Shown here: positions 40,062-52,251 of the stretch, in pieces
Layout: the number at the start of each line of letters is the position of its first letter
Position numbering within the stretch: the stretch's first letter is position 1
Source of the DNA: Arcobacteraceae bacterium
GTDB taxonomy: Bacteria > Campylobacterota > Campylobacteria > Campylobacterales > Arcobacteraceae
Reading direction: 5' to 3'
Length of the DNA: 64,000 nucleotides
NCBI GenBank assembly: GCA_965224485.1
Contig: CBDCZH010000019.1
Coordinates: 96,001 to 160,000 of the forward strand
Made by a program: the position numbers and the translations under genes
The notes under the pieces: generated by a model
Database searches by the model: none
Seen by the model: the letters and a program-made list of their open reading frames with translations, nothing else
Told to the model about the DNA's origin: nothing

Positions 40062-40068
40062 GTATAAC
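40062..40068 (-). other. Cassette 5' crossover core GTTATAC
   Basis: Exact reverse complement of the R'' box of attC 36038-36091; immediately followed by an AAGGA RBS. Confidence 0.6.
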
Positions 40069-40402
40069 TATTTATTCATTCCCATTCTTGTCTATTTACC
40101 TCATAATTCAATTATTAATAGACAAAATAATGTTCTTTTAATAATGTAATAAATGTGACTAGGTCATGCTTTTAAATTAATATAAAATTATACTAGTATT
40201 TATCTTAAATAAAAAATGTACTTTTGATACCTAGATCAGTGATATGTGGACAGTATTATCCATTAATTAGTAAATATCTGGTAAAAGCGACACTATATCC
40301 CTTATAAAAATTAATTACTATTTAAATTAATATACTTCGTGCCTATCACCATTTCAAAAATAGTTTTAAATAACTGGCTTTTGCTCTTGTAAACTTTCAG
40401 TT

Positions 40403-40640
40403 CCCGCTTTCTTACTTTTGTATTGACAAAAAGTAAGCAAAAACAACTACGCTTCATCGGCCTAAAGGCTACCTAAATATTTTTATTGATTTACTTAAAA
40501 ATATAACTTCCTAAAACATGCCTGAGGGCATCTTTATTAACGGTCAAACAGAAATTTTTGGGCTACGCAAATCAATAAAAAATATTTAGCTCTTGCAGAT
40601 GTAGCAATCAACGGAATAATCTTTTGTCTGCTAAAGCAGA
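40403..40640. repeat. Multi-hairpin non-coding element (MITE- or ncRNA-like)
   Basis: Stems 40411-19/40429-37, 40451-58/40598-605, 40473-92/40569-89, 40518-31, 40627-40. Confidence 0.6.
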
Positions 40641-40721
40641 TATTGTTTGAATACATATTTATTCAAGAAACTATTAGTTAGGTTTAATTAATTCGTGCCT
40701 ATCCCTATTTCTTCTAAATTG

Positions 40722-41213
40722 CTAATCTTTAACTCTTCGATATACGGCATTACCTCTAGAATTTGAAGCAGATGAAAAGAAACTTCCTCTTAAAATATTA
40801 GATTTTTTGATATCTAACTTAATTAAACTAGTAATAGTTCTTTCTTTACCTTTTTCTACTATATGTAAAATTAATTGATCTAATTTGATAAAGTTATTTT
40901 TTATTACTCCGTCAACGTTCATTCTAACTATAGCTTTAGAATTATAGAAAGTCTTGTTCTTGTATTTTACTTGTTCAGCAATTTTTTCTCCAGTTCTAAA
41001 GACTTTATTACCAATTTGAAAAAGATATAAATTAGCATAAATTTTCATTTCTTTATATTTATTATAATCACTTTCTTTAACTGTATATTCAACTTCCCAA
41101 TGATCATCAAGTTTAGATGTTGCATGAAAATAATCATTCCAAATAAAAAATATAAATGTAATTGTTAGTGCACTTAGTATATTAACTACATATGGATTTA
41201 ATAAAGATTTCAT
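40722..41213 (-). CDS. Hypothetical protein: one TM segment plus beta-strand-rich domain
   Basis: N-terminal TM, LDDHW, alternating beta pattern, LRGSFFS. Confidence 0.65.
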   Translation of the reverse strand: MKSLLNPYVVNILSALTITFIFFIWNDYFHATSKLDDHWEVEYTVKESDYNKYKEMKIYANLYLFQIGNKVFRTGEKIAEQVKYKNKTFYNSKAIVRMNVDGVIKNNFIKLDQLILHIVEKGKERTITSLIKLDIKKSNILRGSFFSSASNSRGNAVYRRVKD

Positions 41214-41862
41214 ATATTTATACTATTGATTTTATTATTTATATCAACTAGTAAATCTGATATTTCTTTGATGATACATAATGAATTATCTTTATCATTA
41301 ACAGGTATATACATACTTTTTAATACATTTACATAATGAATGATATTTATTACATCACCTTTTATATCAAATAAAATAGATATAACATTATCTTTAGTAT
41401 AGTTGTGTAATTCAATTTTTAATAAATAATCAATTTGACTTATAATCTTATTTTCATTTGTTTCATGTGTATAAAAATATTTATTTGTTTCTAATTCTTT
41501 TAATTCTTTTGAAGAGCTATTAATTTCTAATTCTAAATTATTGAAAAAATCTTTTTGTATAGCTAGTTCTTTTAATAAAAAAGATTTTCCAATTCTCAAA
41601 ATCTTTATTGATCTTTCCTTCTCTCTATTTTTTTCATCGTTTTTTATTTCTTGTGTATTAATAACTGATTTATTAATAGAAAATGCTGCTATCAATGATG
41701 ATAATAGAATAAATACTGCTGGTAAAAAAGGATATGAAATAATACTAATACCTATTAAAGAAAATAAAGTTGGATTAAATAATGCAAAAAACATAAAAGT
41801 AAAAAAACAAACCCTAAAAATATAAAAATATAGAATAAAATGTTAGCTAATGTATTACTCAT
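41210..41862 (-). CDS. Hypothetical membrane protein; true start probably 41862, with a single-base frameshift at the A7 run 41801-41807
   Basis: AAGGA RBS and ATG at 41862 are out of frame with ORF 41210..41794; one more T gives a continuous hydrophobic N-terminus. Confidence 0.55.
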
Positions 41863-41940
41863 AAAAATCCTTTTTATTAATTTAAATTCATGATATCAAA
41901 AAGAGGTTTAATTTTGATAAATAGTATGGAATTACTTAAT

Positions 41941-42085
41941 AAAAAAAGTGGAGGAAAGTATTATATTTTTGTTTTAATCAAGGCGAAGATTGAATTTTAA
42001 GCGGAGCGTACACGTAGTACGTGAGCATTAAAATTCAAGATTCAACGCAGAGTAAAGCAAAAAGATGATGCTTTACTCCTCTTTT

Positions 42086-42087
<2 letters not shown>
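41941..42087. repeat. Long palindromic element (RPE/MITE-like) abutting the guaB stop codon
   Basis: End-to-end imperfect hairpin; inner stem ttgaattttaa/ttaaaattcaa around GC-rich core gcggagcgtacacgtagtacgtgagca. Confidence 0.7.
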
Positions 42088-43543
<1,456 letters not shown>

Positions 43544-44905
43544 TTATTTTTTATAATTTATATTTTTTTCTAAACTTAAAGCACCATCAAATAGTACTTG
43601 CTCTTCATATGCATTTGCAATAAACTGTAAACCAACAGGCATACCATCTTTTGCTTTAGCAACTGGTAGTGAGATAGCTGGAAGACCTGCTAAATTTACC
43701 CCAATTGTATAAATATCACTTAAATACATTTCTAAAGAAGTTTTAAAACTACCAAACTTAGGTGCAGTACTTGGTGCAACTGGTGATAAAATCAAATCAG
43801 CTTCTTTAAAAATTTCTTCATATTCATCTTTTATTAAATGTCTAACTTTTTGAGCTTTTATATAATAAGCATCATAATAACCTGAGCTTAATACAAAAGA
43901 ACCTAACATAATTCTTTTTTGTACCTCAGAACCAAAACCTTCAGATTTAGTAGTTTTATATATTGAGTCTAAACCACCCTCACCTTTTCTATTTCCATAT
44001 CTAATACCATCTAATCTAGCTAAGTTAGCACTTGCTTCTGCAGTAGCTACTACATAATAAGATGATAATATTTTTGAAGTATCTGCCATATTTTTATGAA
44101 TAATTTTATGTCCAGCTTTTTTTAAAGCTTCAAGAGCTAGATTGAAAGCTTCTTTTACGTCCTCATCTGCTTGATCTATATAATTATCAATAACAGCAAT
44201 AGTTAGTTTTTTATTTGAATTTAAATTTAAAGCTACTTTTTTATGCTCAATATTAGCAGATGTTGAATCTTTAGGATCATGTCCTGCAATAATGTCATAT
44301 AAAATGGCAGCATCTTCAACATTTTGAGTTATTGGTCCAATTTGATCAAGTGATGAACTATATGCACTTAAACCATATCTTGAAACTCTTCCATATGTTG
44401 GTTTCATTCCAACAACTCCACAATAAGCAGCAGGTTGTCTAATACTTCCACCTGTATCACTTCCAAGAGCACAAATAGCAATACCAGCAGCAACAGCAGC
44501 AGCTGAACCACCTGAGCTTCCTCCTGGTGTTCTTGTATTATCAAGTGGATTTAATGTTTTACCATAACAAGAAGATTCTGTTGAACTTCCCATGGCAAAC
44601 TCATCCATATTTGTTTTTCCAAAAGCACTTAATCCAGCTTTTTCTAAGTTTAAAATTACAGTTGCATCATATGGTGAAATATAATTTTTTAGTATTTTAC
44701 TAGCACAAGTGATTTCCCAATTTTTAACATTAATATTATCTTTGATTGCAATTGGTATTCCTGTTCCGCTTATATTTAGTTCAGTTTTAGTTAGTTGTTC
44801 AACATAGGCACCTATGTTTGAAGTTTTGATATTTTTTAATAAATCATTTCTTAAGTTTTTAATCTCTTCACTATTTAAAGTTAAAGCTTCTTTTAACGTA
44901 ATCAC
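43544..44905 (-). CDS. gatA: Asp/Glu-tRNA amidotransferase subunit A
   Basis: MDEFAMGS, GGSSGGSAA, GSDTGGSIRQPA. Confidence 0.97.
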   Translation of the reverse strand: MITLKEALTLNSEEIKNLRNDLLKNIKTSNIGAYVEQLTKTELNISGTGIPIAIKDNINVKNWEITCASKILKNYISPYDATVILNLEKAGLSAFGKTNMDEFAMGSSTESSCYGKTLNPLDNTRTPGGSSGGSAAAVAAGIAICALGSDTGGSIRQPAAYCGVVGMKPTYGRVSRYGLSAYSSSLDQIGPITQNVEDAAILYDIIAGHDPKDSTSANIEHKKVALNLNSNKKLTIAVIDNYIDQADEDVKEAFNLALEALKKAGHKIIHKNMADTSKILSSYYVVATAEASANLARLDGIRYGNRKGEGGLDSIYKTTKSEGFGSEVQKRIMLGSFVLSSGYYDAYYIKAQKVRHLIKDEYEEIFKEADLILSPVAPSTAPKFGSFKTSLEMYLSDIYTIGVNLAGLPAISLPVAKAKDGMPVGLQFIANAYEEQVLFDGALSLEKNINYKK

Positions 44906-45027
44906 TTTCAGCTCCTATAAAGTATATAATATATCGCGCAATTATACTATAAAGTAGTTTAAAACCTAAATGATTTTTATATATATTTTGAAGTTATTTA
45001 AAAAAAGAAAGCAGAATTTTAGCTATA

Positions 45028-45061
45028 AAAAAAGGGAAGAACAAATGTTCTTCCCTTTTTT
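45028..45061 (-). terminator. Rho-independent terminator of the alpha operon
   Basis: gggaagaac/gttcttccc stem flanked by A and T tracts. Confidence 0.85.
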
Positions 45062-45080
45062 GTAAAATCTTTTGTATTAA

Positions 45081-45431
45081 CTAAACAAAAGAGATGAATG
45101 CCATTTGAGTTGCATCACCTCTTCTAATTCTTGTTTTTACAATTGAAGTATATCCACCATTTCTTTCTAAATACTTTGGTGCAATTTCATTAATAATTTT
45201 TTTAGTTGTTTCTTTATCTTGTAATGAAGCAAATACTTGTCTATGAGTATTTAAATTATCAACTCTTGAAACTGTAACTAATTTTTCAATATATCTTTGT
45301 AACTCTTTTGCTTTTGGAACAGTTGTTTCGATTTTTTCTCTAGTAATTAAAGCGATTGCCATATTCTTTAACAATGCTTTTCTATGAGAAGAAGTTCTAT
45401 TTAACTTTCTATATCCATGCTTATGTCTCAT
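45081..45431 (-). CDS. rplQ: 50S ribosomal protein L17
   Basis: [20 protein letters not shown]. Confidence 0.98.
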   Translation of the reverse strand: MRHKHGYRKLNRTSSHRKALLKNMAIALITREKIETTVPKAKELQRYIEKLVTVSRVDNLNTHRQVFASLQDKETTKKIINEIAPKYLERNGGYTSIVKTRIRRGDATQMAFISFV

Positions 45432-45443
45432 ATTAAACCTTTT

Positions 45444-46442
45444 TTATGCTTTGAATTGCTCTAGCTTTCTTCTTAAAGCCGATGCAATATTTTCTTGAAG
45501 TGTATTTTCAATAGGGAAACCTAAAGATTCTAATTTCTCAGCAATCTCGTCATACGATTTTTTACCTAAATTCTTAATATTTTTAACTTCAACTTCACTC
45601 ATAAGTACTAACTCACCTAAGTATTTTAACCCAGCTCTGTCTAAAGAGTTAAATGATCTAGCACTTAAATTTAAATCGTCGATTTTTATAATTAAATCTT
45701 TAAGTTCAACTGGCTCTTCGCTAGCATCACTTACTGTTACTTCTGATAAATCAAAAACCTTGTTAAATACTGACATTTGTGAGTACATAACAGAAACAGC
45801 TTCTTTAAAAGCAGTTATTGGAGTAATTTGTCCATTTGTTTGTACTGTAAATACAGCTTTCTCAAAGTTAGGGTTATCTTCTACTAACATTTTTTCAATA
45901 TCATAAACTACTTTTTTAACAGGAGTAAAAAAAGCATCAATTGGGATATAATTAGCTCCAACGATTTCTCTTATATCTTCAGAAGGCATATAACCAATAC
46001 CTTTTTGGATAATAACAGAAAAAGTTAAATTACAATCAGAATTGATTGTTGCTAAATGAACATCAGGAGAAACTACTTCAACATCAGCGTTTACTAAGTC
46101 AGCTCCTTTAATTTCTTTAGGTCCATTAAATGAATATTCAACTTCTACTTGTTCTTCGTCACTGTTAATTTTGAATTTAATATTCTTAAGATTAATTATA
46201 AAAATAGCAATATCTTCTAACATACCTCTTAAAGAGTCAAACTCGTGGCTTGCGCCTTCAATTTTAACTGCTATTGGAGCACATCCAACAGAGCTTGATA
46301 AAAGAAGTCTTCTTAAAGGGTGTGCTAAAGTAATTGCGAAACCACTTTCAAATGGGTATGCAGAAATCTTAGCTTCAGTATCACTGATTGCTTCGATTTC
46401 AACTTCAGTTGGTAAAAATGGTGTTTCTGCAAATTTCTTCAT
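45444..46442 (-). CDS. rpoA: RNA polymerase alpha subunit
   Basis: PFESGFAITLAHPLRRLLLSS, LSARSFNSL. Confidence 0.98.
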   Translation of the reverse strand: MKKFAETPFLPTEVEIEAISDTEAKISAYPFESGFAITLAHPLRRLLLSSSVGCAPIAVKIEGASHEFDSLRGMLEDIAIFIINLKNIKFKINSDEEQVEVEYSFNGPKEIKGADLVNADVEVVSPDVHLATINSDCNLTFSVIIQKGIGYMPSEDIREIVGANYIPIDAFFTPVKKVVYDIEKMLVEDNPNFEKAVFTVQTNGQITPITAFKEAVSVMYSQMSVFNKVFDLSEVTVSDASEEPVELKDLIIKIDDLNLSARSFNSLDRAGLKYLGELVLMSEVEVKNIKNLGKKSYDEIAEKLESLGFPIENTLQENIASALRRKLEQFKA

Positions 46443-46460
46443 ATATGCTACCTTTATTTA

Positions 46461-47087
46461 TTATTTAGAATATAACTCAACGATTAGTCTTTCTTCTACT
46501 GGAATAACTACTTCTTCTCTTGTAGGAACTCTAGTAAATATACCAAAAACTTTTGATGTATCAACATCAACCCAATCAACCATTCCAGTTTGATTAGTTA
46601 ATTCTAATGCTCTAATAATTTGAGGATTAGATTTAGTTTTTTCTTTAACTTCGATTTTTGCACCTGCTTTTACTACAAAAGAAGGAATATCAACTTTTTT
46701 ACCATCAACTAAGATATGACCATGAGTTGTAATTTGTCTAGCAAATGCTCTAGTTGAAGCAAATCCCATTCTATATACAACGTTATCTAATCTTTGTTCA
46801 ATTGAAGTAATTAGGTTTGACCCTGTATTACCTTCTCTAGCTGCAGCTTTTTTGAAGTATTTTCTGAATTGTTTTTCAGAAACACCATACATAAATTTAG
46901 CTTTTTGCTTTTCTCTTAATTGTAATCCATACTCAGAAATTTTTGATCTTCTTTGACCATGTTGTCCTGGAGCAAAAGGTCTTTTTTCTAAAGCTGATTT
47001 ACCGTTAAGTCTTCTCTCACCTTTAAGTCCAAGATCCGCGTCTAATCTTCTTTCGATTTTCTCTACTGGTCCTCTATATCTTGCCAT
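46461..47087 (-). CDS. rpsD: 30S ribosomal protein S4
   Basis: [25 protein letters not shown]. Confidence 0.98.
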   Translation of the reverse strand: MARYRGPVEKIERRLDADLGLKGERRLNGKSALEKRPFAPGQHGQRRSKISEYGLQLREKQKAKFMYGVSEKQFRKYFKKAAAREGNTGSNLITSIEQRLDNVVYRMGFASTRAFARQITTHGHILVDGKKVDIPSFVVKAGAKIEVKEKTKSNPQIIRALELTNQTGMVDWVDVDTSKVFGIFTRVPTREEVVIPVEERLIVELYSK

Positions 47088-47096
47088 GCCTTATCC

Positions 47097-47489
47097 TTAC
47101 ACTCGTCTTCGTTTAGGAGGTCTACAACCATTATGTGGTAATGGTGTAACATCCTTTAACCATGTAACTCTGATACCTTCCATAGCACCAACAGCTTTCA
47201 CAGCAGTATCTCTACCTGAACCTGGACCTTGGATTTTAATTCCAACATTTTTAATTCCGTGCTCAATAGCTTTAGCCATAGCATCTTCTACAGCTGCTTG
47301 TGCTGCGAAAGGAGTAGATTTCTTACTACCTTTGAAACCTAAGTTTCCTGCAGAACTCCATGTAATAGCATTACCAGCATTATCTGTAATAGTTACCATT
47401 GTATTGTTAAACGTAGCTGCAATATGTACGATACCGTCAGCAATATTCTTTTTTACTACTTTTTTTCTAGTTACTTTTCTTTTTGCCAT
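47097..47489 (-). CDS. rpsK: 30S ribosomal protein S11
   Basis: [21 protein letters not shown]. Confidence 0.98.
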   Translation of the reverse strand: MAKRKVTRKKVVKKNIADGIVHIAATFNNTMVTITDNAGNAITWSSAGNLGFKGSKKSTPFAAQAAVEDAMAKAIEHGIKNVGIKIQGPGSGRDTAVKAVGAMEGIRVTWLKDVTPLPHNGCRPPKRRRV

Positions 47490-47502
47490 CTAATATCCTT
47501 AA

Positions 47503-47865
47503 TTACGCTGCGCCAACAGTTCTCTTTTTACCTTTTCTTGTTCGAGCATTAGTCTTAGTCTTTTGCCCTCTACAAGGTAAACCTTTTCTATGTCTTAAAC
47601 CTCTGTATGAACCTAAGTCCATTAATGATTTAATATCCATAGCAACTTTTTTTCGAAGATCACCCTCAACCATATACGATTTTTGAATCTCTTGTCTAAT
47701 AGCCGCTGCTTCATCTTCTGTAACTTCATGTGCTCTTTTATTGTAATCCATACCAATAGCATCTAAAATTAATCTAGAATTGTGCAAACCAATTCCAAAA
47801 ATATACGTTAACGCATATTCCATTCTTTTTTTATTTGGTAAATCAACACCTGCAATTCTTGCCAT
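47503..47865 (-). CDS. rpsM: 30S ribosomal protein S13
   Basis: [24 protein letters not shown]. Confidence 0.98.
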   Translation of the reverse strand: MARIAGVDLPNKKRMEYALTYIFGIGLHNSRLILDAIGMDYNKRAHEVTEDEAAAIRQEIQKSYMVEGDLRKKVAMDIKSLMDLGSYRGLRHRKGLPCRGQKTKTNARTRKGKKRTVGAA

Positions 47866-47867
47866 GA

Positions 47868-47981
47868 TTATCCTTGTCTTTGTTTGTGTTTTTTAGTTTC
47901 GCAAATTACTCTTACGATACCTCTTCTTTTGACAATTTTACACTTGTCACACATTTTTTTAACTGAAGCTCTAACTTTCAT
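47868..47981 (-). CDS. rpmJ: 50S ribosomal protein L36 (Zn-binding form); missing from the ORF track
   Basis: [37 protein letters not shown]. Confidence 0.98.
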   Translation of the reverse strand: MKVRASVKKMCDKCKIVKRRGIVRVICETKKHKQRQG

Positions 47982-48206
47982 TGTTGCTTTCCTTTGTGTT
48001 TATTGCCATTTTAACAACAGGATAGAAATTAAAAATCTCTTTCCAACTCTTTATAAAACACAAAATTTTATAAAAACTTCTTTCTTGCTTGGAAAAATGG
48101 AATTGGATTATATTCAACATCAGCTTAAAGCTAGTTGAATATCTTTATATAAGTCTTTCTTTATATATTTGTTGTAAAATCAACAAAATTTAGAAGGATT
48201 ATATAT

Positions 48207-48569
48207 ATGAGTGCAATTTATAAAAATAATTTAATTAATATACAAATAGAAAAAAGTGAAATTCCTTGGTTAAAGATATTTACGAATGAGAAGATAAAAG
48301 AGTTCTCATCTTGTACTAGTGAAACTAAATTAGAAATATTTAGAGTTTTAGACATAATTGAAAAACTAATGCTTACATATTTTAAGCCAGAAAAAATAAA
48401 TATTGCTTCTTTTGGAAACTATGTGCCTCATGTTCATTTTCATATTATGAGCAGATTTAAAGAAGATTCATATTTTCCTGAACCTATGTGGGGAAAAGAG
48501 CAAAGAGCCTCAGCACTTAAATTGGAATCATTAGAAGAGTTTTATAGGCTACTTTTAAAAGAGCTATAA
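48207..48569 (+). CDS. HIT-family protein
   Basis: KINIASFGNYVPHVHFH. Confidence 0.9.
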   Translation: MSAIYKNNLINIQIEKSEIPWLKIFTNEKIKEFSSCTSETKLEIFRVLDIIEKLMLTYFKPEKINIASFGNYVPHVHFHIMSRFKEDSYFPEPMWGKEQRASALKLESLEEFYRLLLKEL

Positions 48570-48631
48570 AAAGAGATAAAAGATAAGCTAAAAAAACTTA
48601 TGTTTTGATAGCTTATTTTCAAGTTTAAAAT

Positions 48632-49702
48632 TTATTTACCTAAATAATTAGAAATAACATCACCCATTTCAGACGTAGTAACAACATGTTTAGCATCAAA
48701 AGAGGCTAAATCTTTTGTTCTATATCCTTCTTTAAGTGCTTTTTTAATTGCTACATCAATCATATCAGCAGCTTCTTGCTCATCAAATGAATATCTAAGC
48801 ATCATAGCAGCACTTTCAATTGTTGCAATTGGATTAGCAATTCCTTGACCAGCAATATCAGGAGCAGAACCATGAATTGGTTCATAAATTGCTGTTTTAT
48901 CTCCAGTTGAAGCAGAAGGAAGAAGTCCAATAGATCCTACAACCATAGAAGCAGTATCACTTAAAATATCACCAAAAATATTTCCAGTTACTATTACATC
49001 AAATTGTTTTGGGTTTCGTACTAACTGCATAGCTGCATTATCTACATACATATGAGTAAGTGTAACTTCAGGATAAGAAGCACTTAATTCAATCATAGTA
49101 TCTCTCCATAATTGAGAGACTTCTAATACATTTGCCTTATCAACAGAACAAACTCTTTTATCTCTTTGCATAGCAATTTCAAAAGCTTTTTTACCTATTC
49201 TTATGATTTCATCTTTTGTATATACCATAGTATTATAAGCTTTTTGCCCATCATTTCCTCTTGGTTTCCCAAAATAAATACCACCTATTAGCTCTCGTAC
49301 CACCATTATATTAACACCCTCAATTACTTCAGGTTTTAGCGTCGAGGCATTTATTAACTCATCATATATAACAGCAGGTCTTAAATTAGCATAAACACCC
49401 ATAGCTTCTCTAAAATTTAAAAGTCCAGTTTCAGGTCTTAACTCTCTTGGTAAATTATCCCATTTAGATCCACCAATTGCTCCAAATAAACAAGCATCAG
49501 AATCTAAAACTCCCTGTACTGTTTCACTAGGAAGAGGTTTACCTGTAATATCAATAGCAATTCCACCCATTAAATAATCTTTGTACTCTAAAGTAAAACC
49601 ACAATTATAAGATACTACATCTAATACTTTAATAGCTTCATCAATAATTTCAGGACCAATTCCATCACCTTTGATTATTGCTATTTTATAATTTTTTGAC
49701 AT
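48632..49702 (-). CDS. leuB: 3-isopropylmalate dehydrogenase
   Basis: [29 protein letters not shown]. Confidence 0.97.
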   Translation of the reverse strand: MSKNYKIAIIKGDGIGPEIIDEAIKVLDVVSYNCGFTLEYKDYLMGGIAIDITGKPLPSETVQGVLDSDACLFGAIGGSKWDNLPRELRPETGLLNFREAMGVYANLRPAVIYDELINASTLKPEVIEGVNIMVVRELIGGIYFGKPRGNDGQKAYNTMVYTKDEIIRIGKKAFEIAMQRDKRVCSVDKANVLEVSQLWRDTMIELSASYPEVTLTHMYVDNAAMQLVRNPKQFDVIVTGNIFGDILSDTASMVVGSIGLLPSASTGDKTAIYEPIHGSAPDIAGQGIANPIATIESAAMMLRYSFDEQEAADMIDVAIKKALKEGYRTKDLASFDAKHVVTTSEMGDVISNYLGK

Positions 49703-50211
49703 TATTTTTCCTTCTTAATTTCTTCTTTAGCATAATTGATTAAACCACCAACTGCAATTAATTCTTGCATAAAAGGAGGAATAGCTGTAAATTTATACTT
49801 TTTATTATTAGTATTATTTATTATAAGTCCAGCATCTAAATCAATAGATACATTATCACCTTGTGTAATTTCTAAAGATTCTGGCAGTTCAAAAATAGGA
49901 AGTCCCATATTAAATGCATTTCTATAAAAAATTCTTGCAAAAGTAGGAGCAATAACGGCAGCTACTCCTGCAGCTTTTAGAGCAATAGGAGCATGCTCTC
50001 TTGAGCTTCCACAGCCAAAGTTCTCACCTGCTACGATAATATCACCTTTTGTTAATTTCTTTACAAAATCAGGATCCGCATCTTCCATAATATATTTTGC
50101 TAAATGTTGGGGGTCTGAACTATTAAGATATCTAGCAGCTATTATAATATCAGTATCAATATTAGCTCCAAAAGTCCATACTTTTCCTGTAATTTTATCC
50201 ATGGTGTTCAT
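49702..50211 (-). CDS. leuD: 3-isopropylmalate dehydratase small subunit
   Basis: [16 protein letters not shown]. Confidence 0.95.
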   Translation of the reverse strand: MNTMDKITGKVWTFGANIDTDIIIAARYLNSSDPQHLAKYIMEDADPDFVKKLTKGDIIVAGENFGCGSSREHAPIALKAAGVAAVIAPTFARIFYRNAFNMGLPIFELPESLEITQGDNVSIDLDAGLIINNTNNKKYKFTAIPPFMQELIAVGGLINYAKEEIKKEK

Positions 50212-50390
50212 CCTTTAAGAAAGAGTTTTATTTTTAAAATTTCATATAAAAAAAACTCATAATTTTTTAAATTAGAGTGCATTTTATCAAAAATTTTAAA
50301 AATTTTAGATTAAGTGATAGAATTTAAAGCTTGTTTTATTATTTTTGGGTAAAATATAATCTTATTTTAAAGGCAAGGACAATTTAATAC

Positions 50391-52250
50391 ATGAGCGCAA
50401 AAGACTTAAATAAAGCTATTGAAAAAATTGCAAAAGAGTACAAAGGTACGATTTTAACATATGAAAAAATAATTAAAATATTTCCTAAAGCACCATCAGG
50501 TGCAAATGTTAAAAAGTTAATTGCTTTAGTTCAACTTTATAATGTAACACTTATTACTTCTCAAGAGCAAGCAAAAAGAATGAATGTTCTAGAAGAAAAA
50601 AGAAAAGCAGAACAAAGAGAAAAACTAAAAGAGAGTGATGACGGTGTTTTTGATTTATTAAAAAACAAAGAACTTCTAGAGTGGTCAAGATCTGATTCAC
50701 CTGTTAGAATGTATTTACGAGAAATGGGTCAAATTCCTCTTTTAACTAAAGAAGAAGAGATTGAGATATCTAAAAGAATTGAAATGGGTGAGGATGTAAT
50801 TTTAGATGCAATCTGTTACGTGCCTTATTTAATTGATTTTATTTTAGAGTACAAAGAACCTTTAGTTAATCGTGAGAGAAAAGTTAAAGAGTTATTTAAA
50901 AACTTTGACGATGATAGTGATAGTGATAGTTCAGATACTACTGATACTACAACAGAAGTTACAGCTAAAAGTGCAGCTGAAGAGAGTGGAAAAAAACAAA
51001 AGAAATTAGATAAAAGAGCACAAACTATTGTTGATACTTTTAAATTATTAGAAAAAGCAAAAAAAGATTGGCATAAATTCTTATCAAAAGAGTCTGCTAA
51101 ATCTGATCACGAAGAAGATCAAATGCAATTTAATTTAGCAACTGCTTTTAAGAAAAAAATATTAAAAGAATCTTTATTAAACCTAGGACCAACATCTAAA
51201 CTTATTACAGAAATTGTAAAAGCTATGGAAACTGCACTTAAAAGTGATACTGGTTTTGATAGCGAGCTAAAAAGATTAGAATATAGATTACCTTTATTTA
51301 ATGATATTTTATTACAAAATCATGCAAAGATTTTAGAAGAGATTATTAATCTTACAAAAATTCAAATTACTTCTATGGTTCCTGAAGCTACTATGGTTTC
51401 AACATATATGGAGATCAAGAAACTTTTTCAAACAGCAGAAGCATCTAAAGATGGTTTTGATTTAGAACCAGAAGAGTTAAAAGATGTTTTAGAGCAAATT
51501 AAAAGAGGTAAAAGAGTTACTGATGAGTCAAAAACAAGAATGGCAAAATCAAACCTTAGACTAGTTGTTTCTATTGCAAAAAGATATACAAATAGAGGTC
51601 TTCCATTTTTGGATTTAATTCAAGAAGGAAATATTGGACTTATGAAAGCTGTTGATAAGTTTGAATATAAAAAAGGTTATAAGTTCTCTACTTATGCAAC
51701 ATGGTGGATTAGACAGGCAATTTCAAGAGCTATTGCTGATCAAGCAAGAACTATTAGAATTCCAATTCATATGATTGAAACTATTAATAGAATTAATAAA
51801 ATCATTAGAAAAGGTATTCAAGAAAATGGTAAAGAGCCAGATGTTGAAACAATTTCAATTGAAGTTGGTTTACCTATTGATAAAGTTAAGCAAGTAATTA
51901 AAATTACAAAAGAGCCTGTATCTCTTGAAGCTCCTATTGGAAGCGATGATGATGGTAAATTTGGGGATTTTGTTGCTGATGAAAAAGCGCCAACTCCAAT
52001 GGATAATATTATGAAAGAAGATTTACAAAATCAAATTGATCAAATATTAGCCCAATTAAATGAGAGAGAACAAGCAGTTGTAAGAATGAGATTTGGTTTA
52101 ATGCATGATGCTAGTGATAGAACATTAGAAGAAATTGGAAAAGAGCTTTCTGTTACACGTGAGAGAGTTAGACAAATTGAAAGTTCTGCTATTAAAAAAC
52201 TAAAACATCCTAAAGTTGGTAAAAATCTTAAGAACTACGTAGAAAGTTAA
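50391..52250 (+). CDS. rpoD: RNA polymerase sigma-70 factor
   Basis: [41 protein letters not shown]. Confidence 0.98.
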   Translation: MSAKDLNKAIEKIAKEYKGTILTYEKIIKIFPKAPSGANVKKLIALVQLYNVTLITSQEQAKRMNVLEEKRKAEQREKLKESDDGVFDLLKNKELLEWSRSDSPVRMYLREMGQIPLLTKEEEIEISKRIEMGEDVILDAICYVPYLIDFILEYKEPLVNRERKVKELFKNFDDDSDSDSSDTTDTTTEVTAKSAAEESGKKQKKLDKRAQTIVDTFKLLEKAKKDWHKFLSKESAKSDHEEDQMQFNLATAFKKKILKESLLNLGPTSKLITEIVKAMETALKSDTGFDSELKRLEYRLPLFNDILLQNHAKILEEIINLTKIQITSMVPEATMVSTYMEIKKLFQTAEASKDGFDLEPEELKDVLEQIKRGKRVTDESKTRMAKSNLRLVVSIAKRYTNRGLPFLDLIQEGNIGLMKAVDKFEYKKGYKFSTYATWWIRQAISRAIADQARTIRIPIHMIETINRINKIIRKGIQENGKEPDVETISIEVGLPIDKVKQVIKITKEPVSLEAPIGSDDDGKFGDFVADEKAPTPMDNIMKEDLQNQIDQILAQLNEREQAVVRMRFGLMHDASDRTLEEIGKELSVTRERVRQIESSAIKKLKHPKVGKNLKNYVES

Positions 52251-52251
52251 G

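Noticed and set aside
40640..40683. ACCTAAC plus a small hairpin after the 40722 gene as a further attC
   Set aside because: No GTT-containing R' box at a suitable distance.
46171..48138. Plus-strand ORFs over the ribosomal protein and rpoA genes
   Set aside because: Antisense shadows of conserved core genes.
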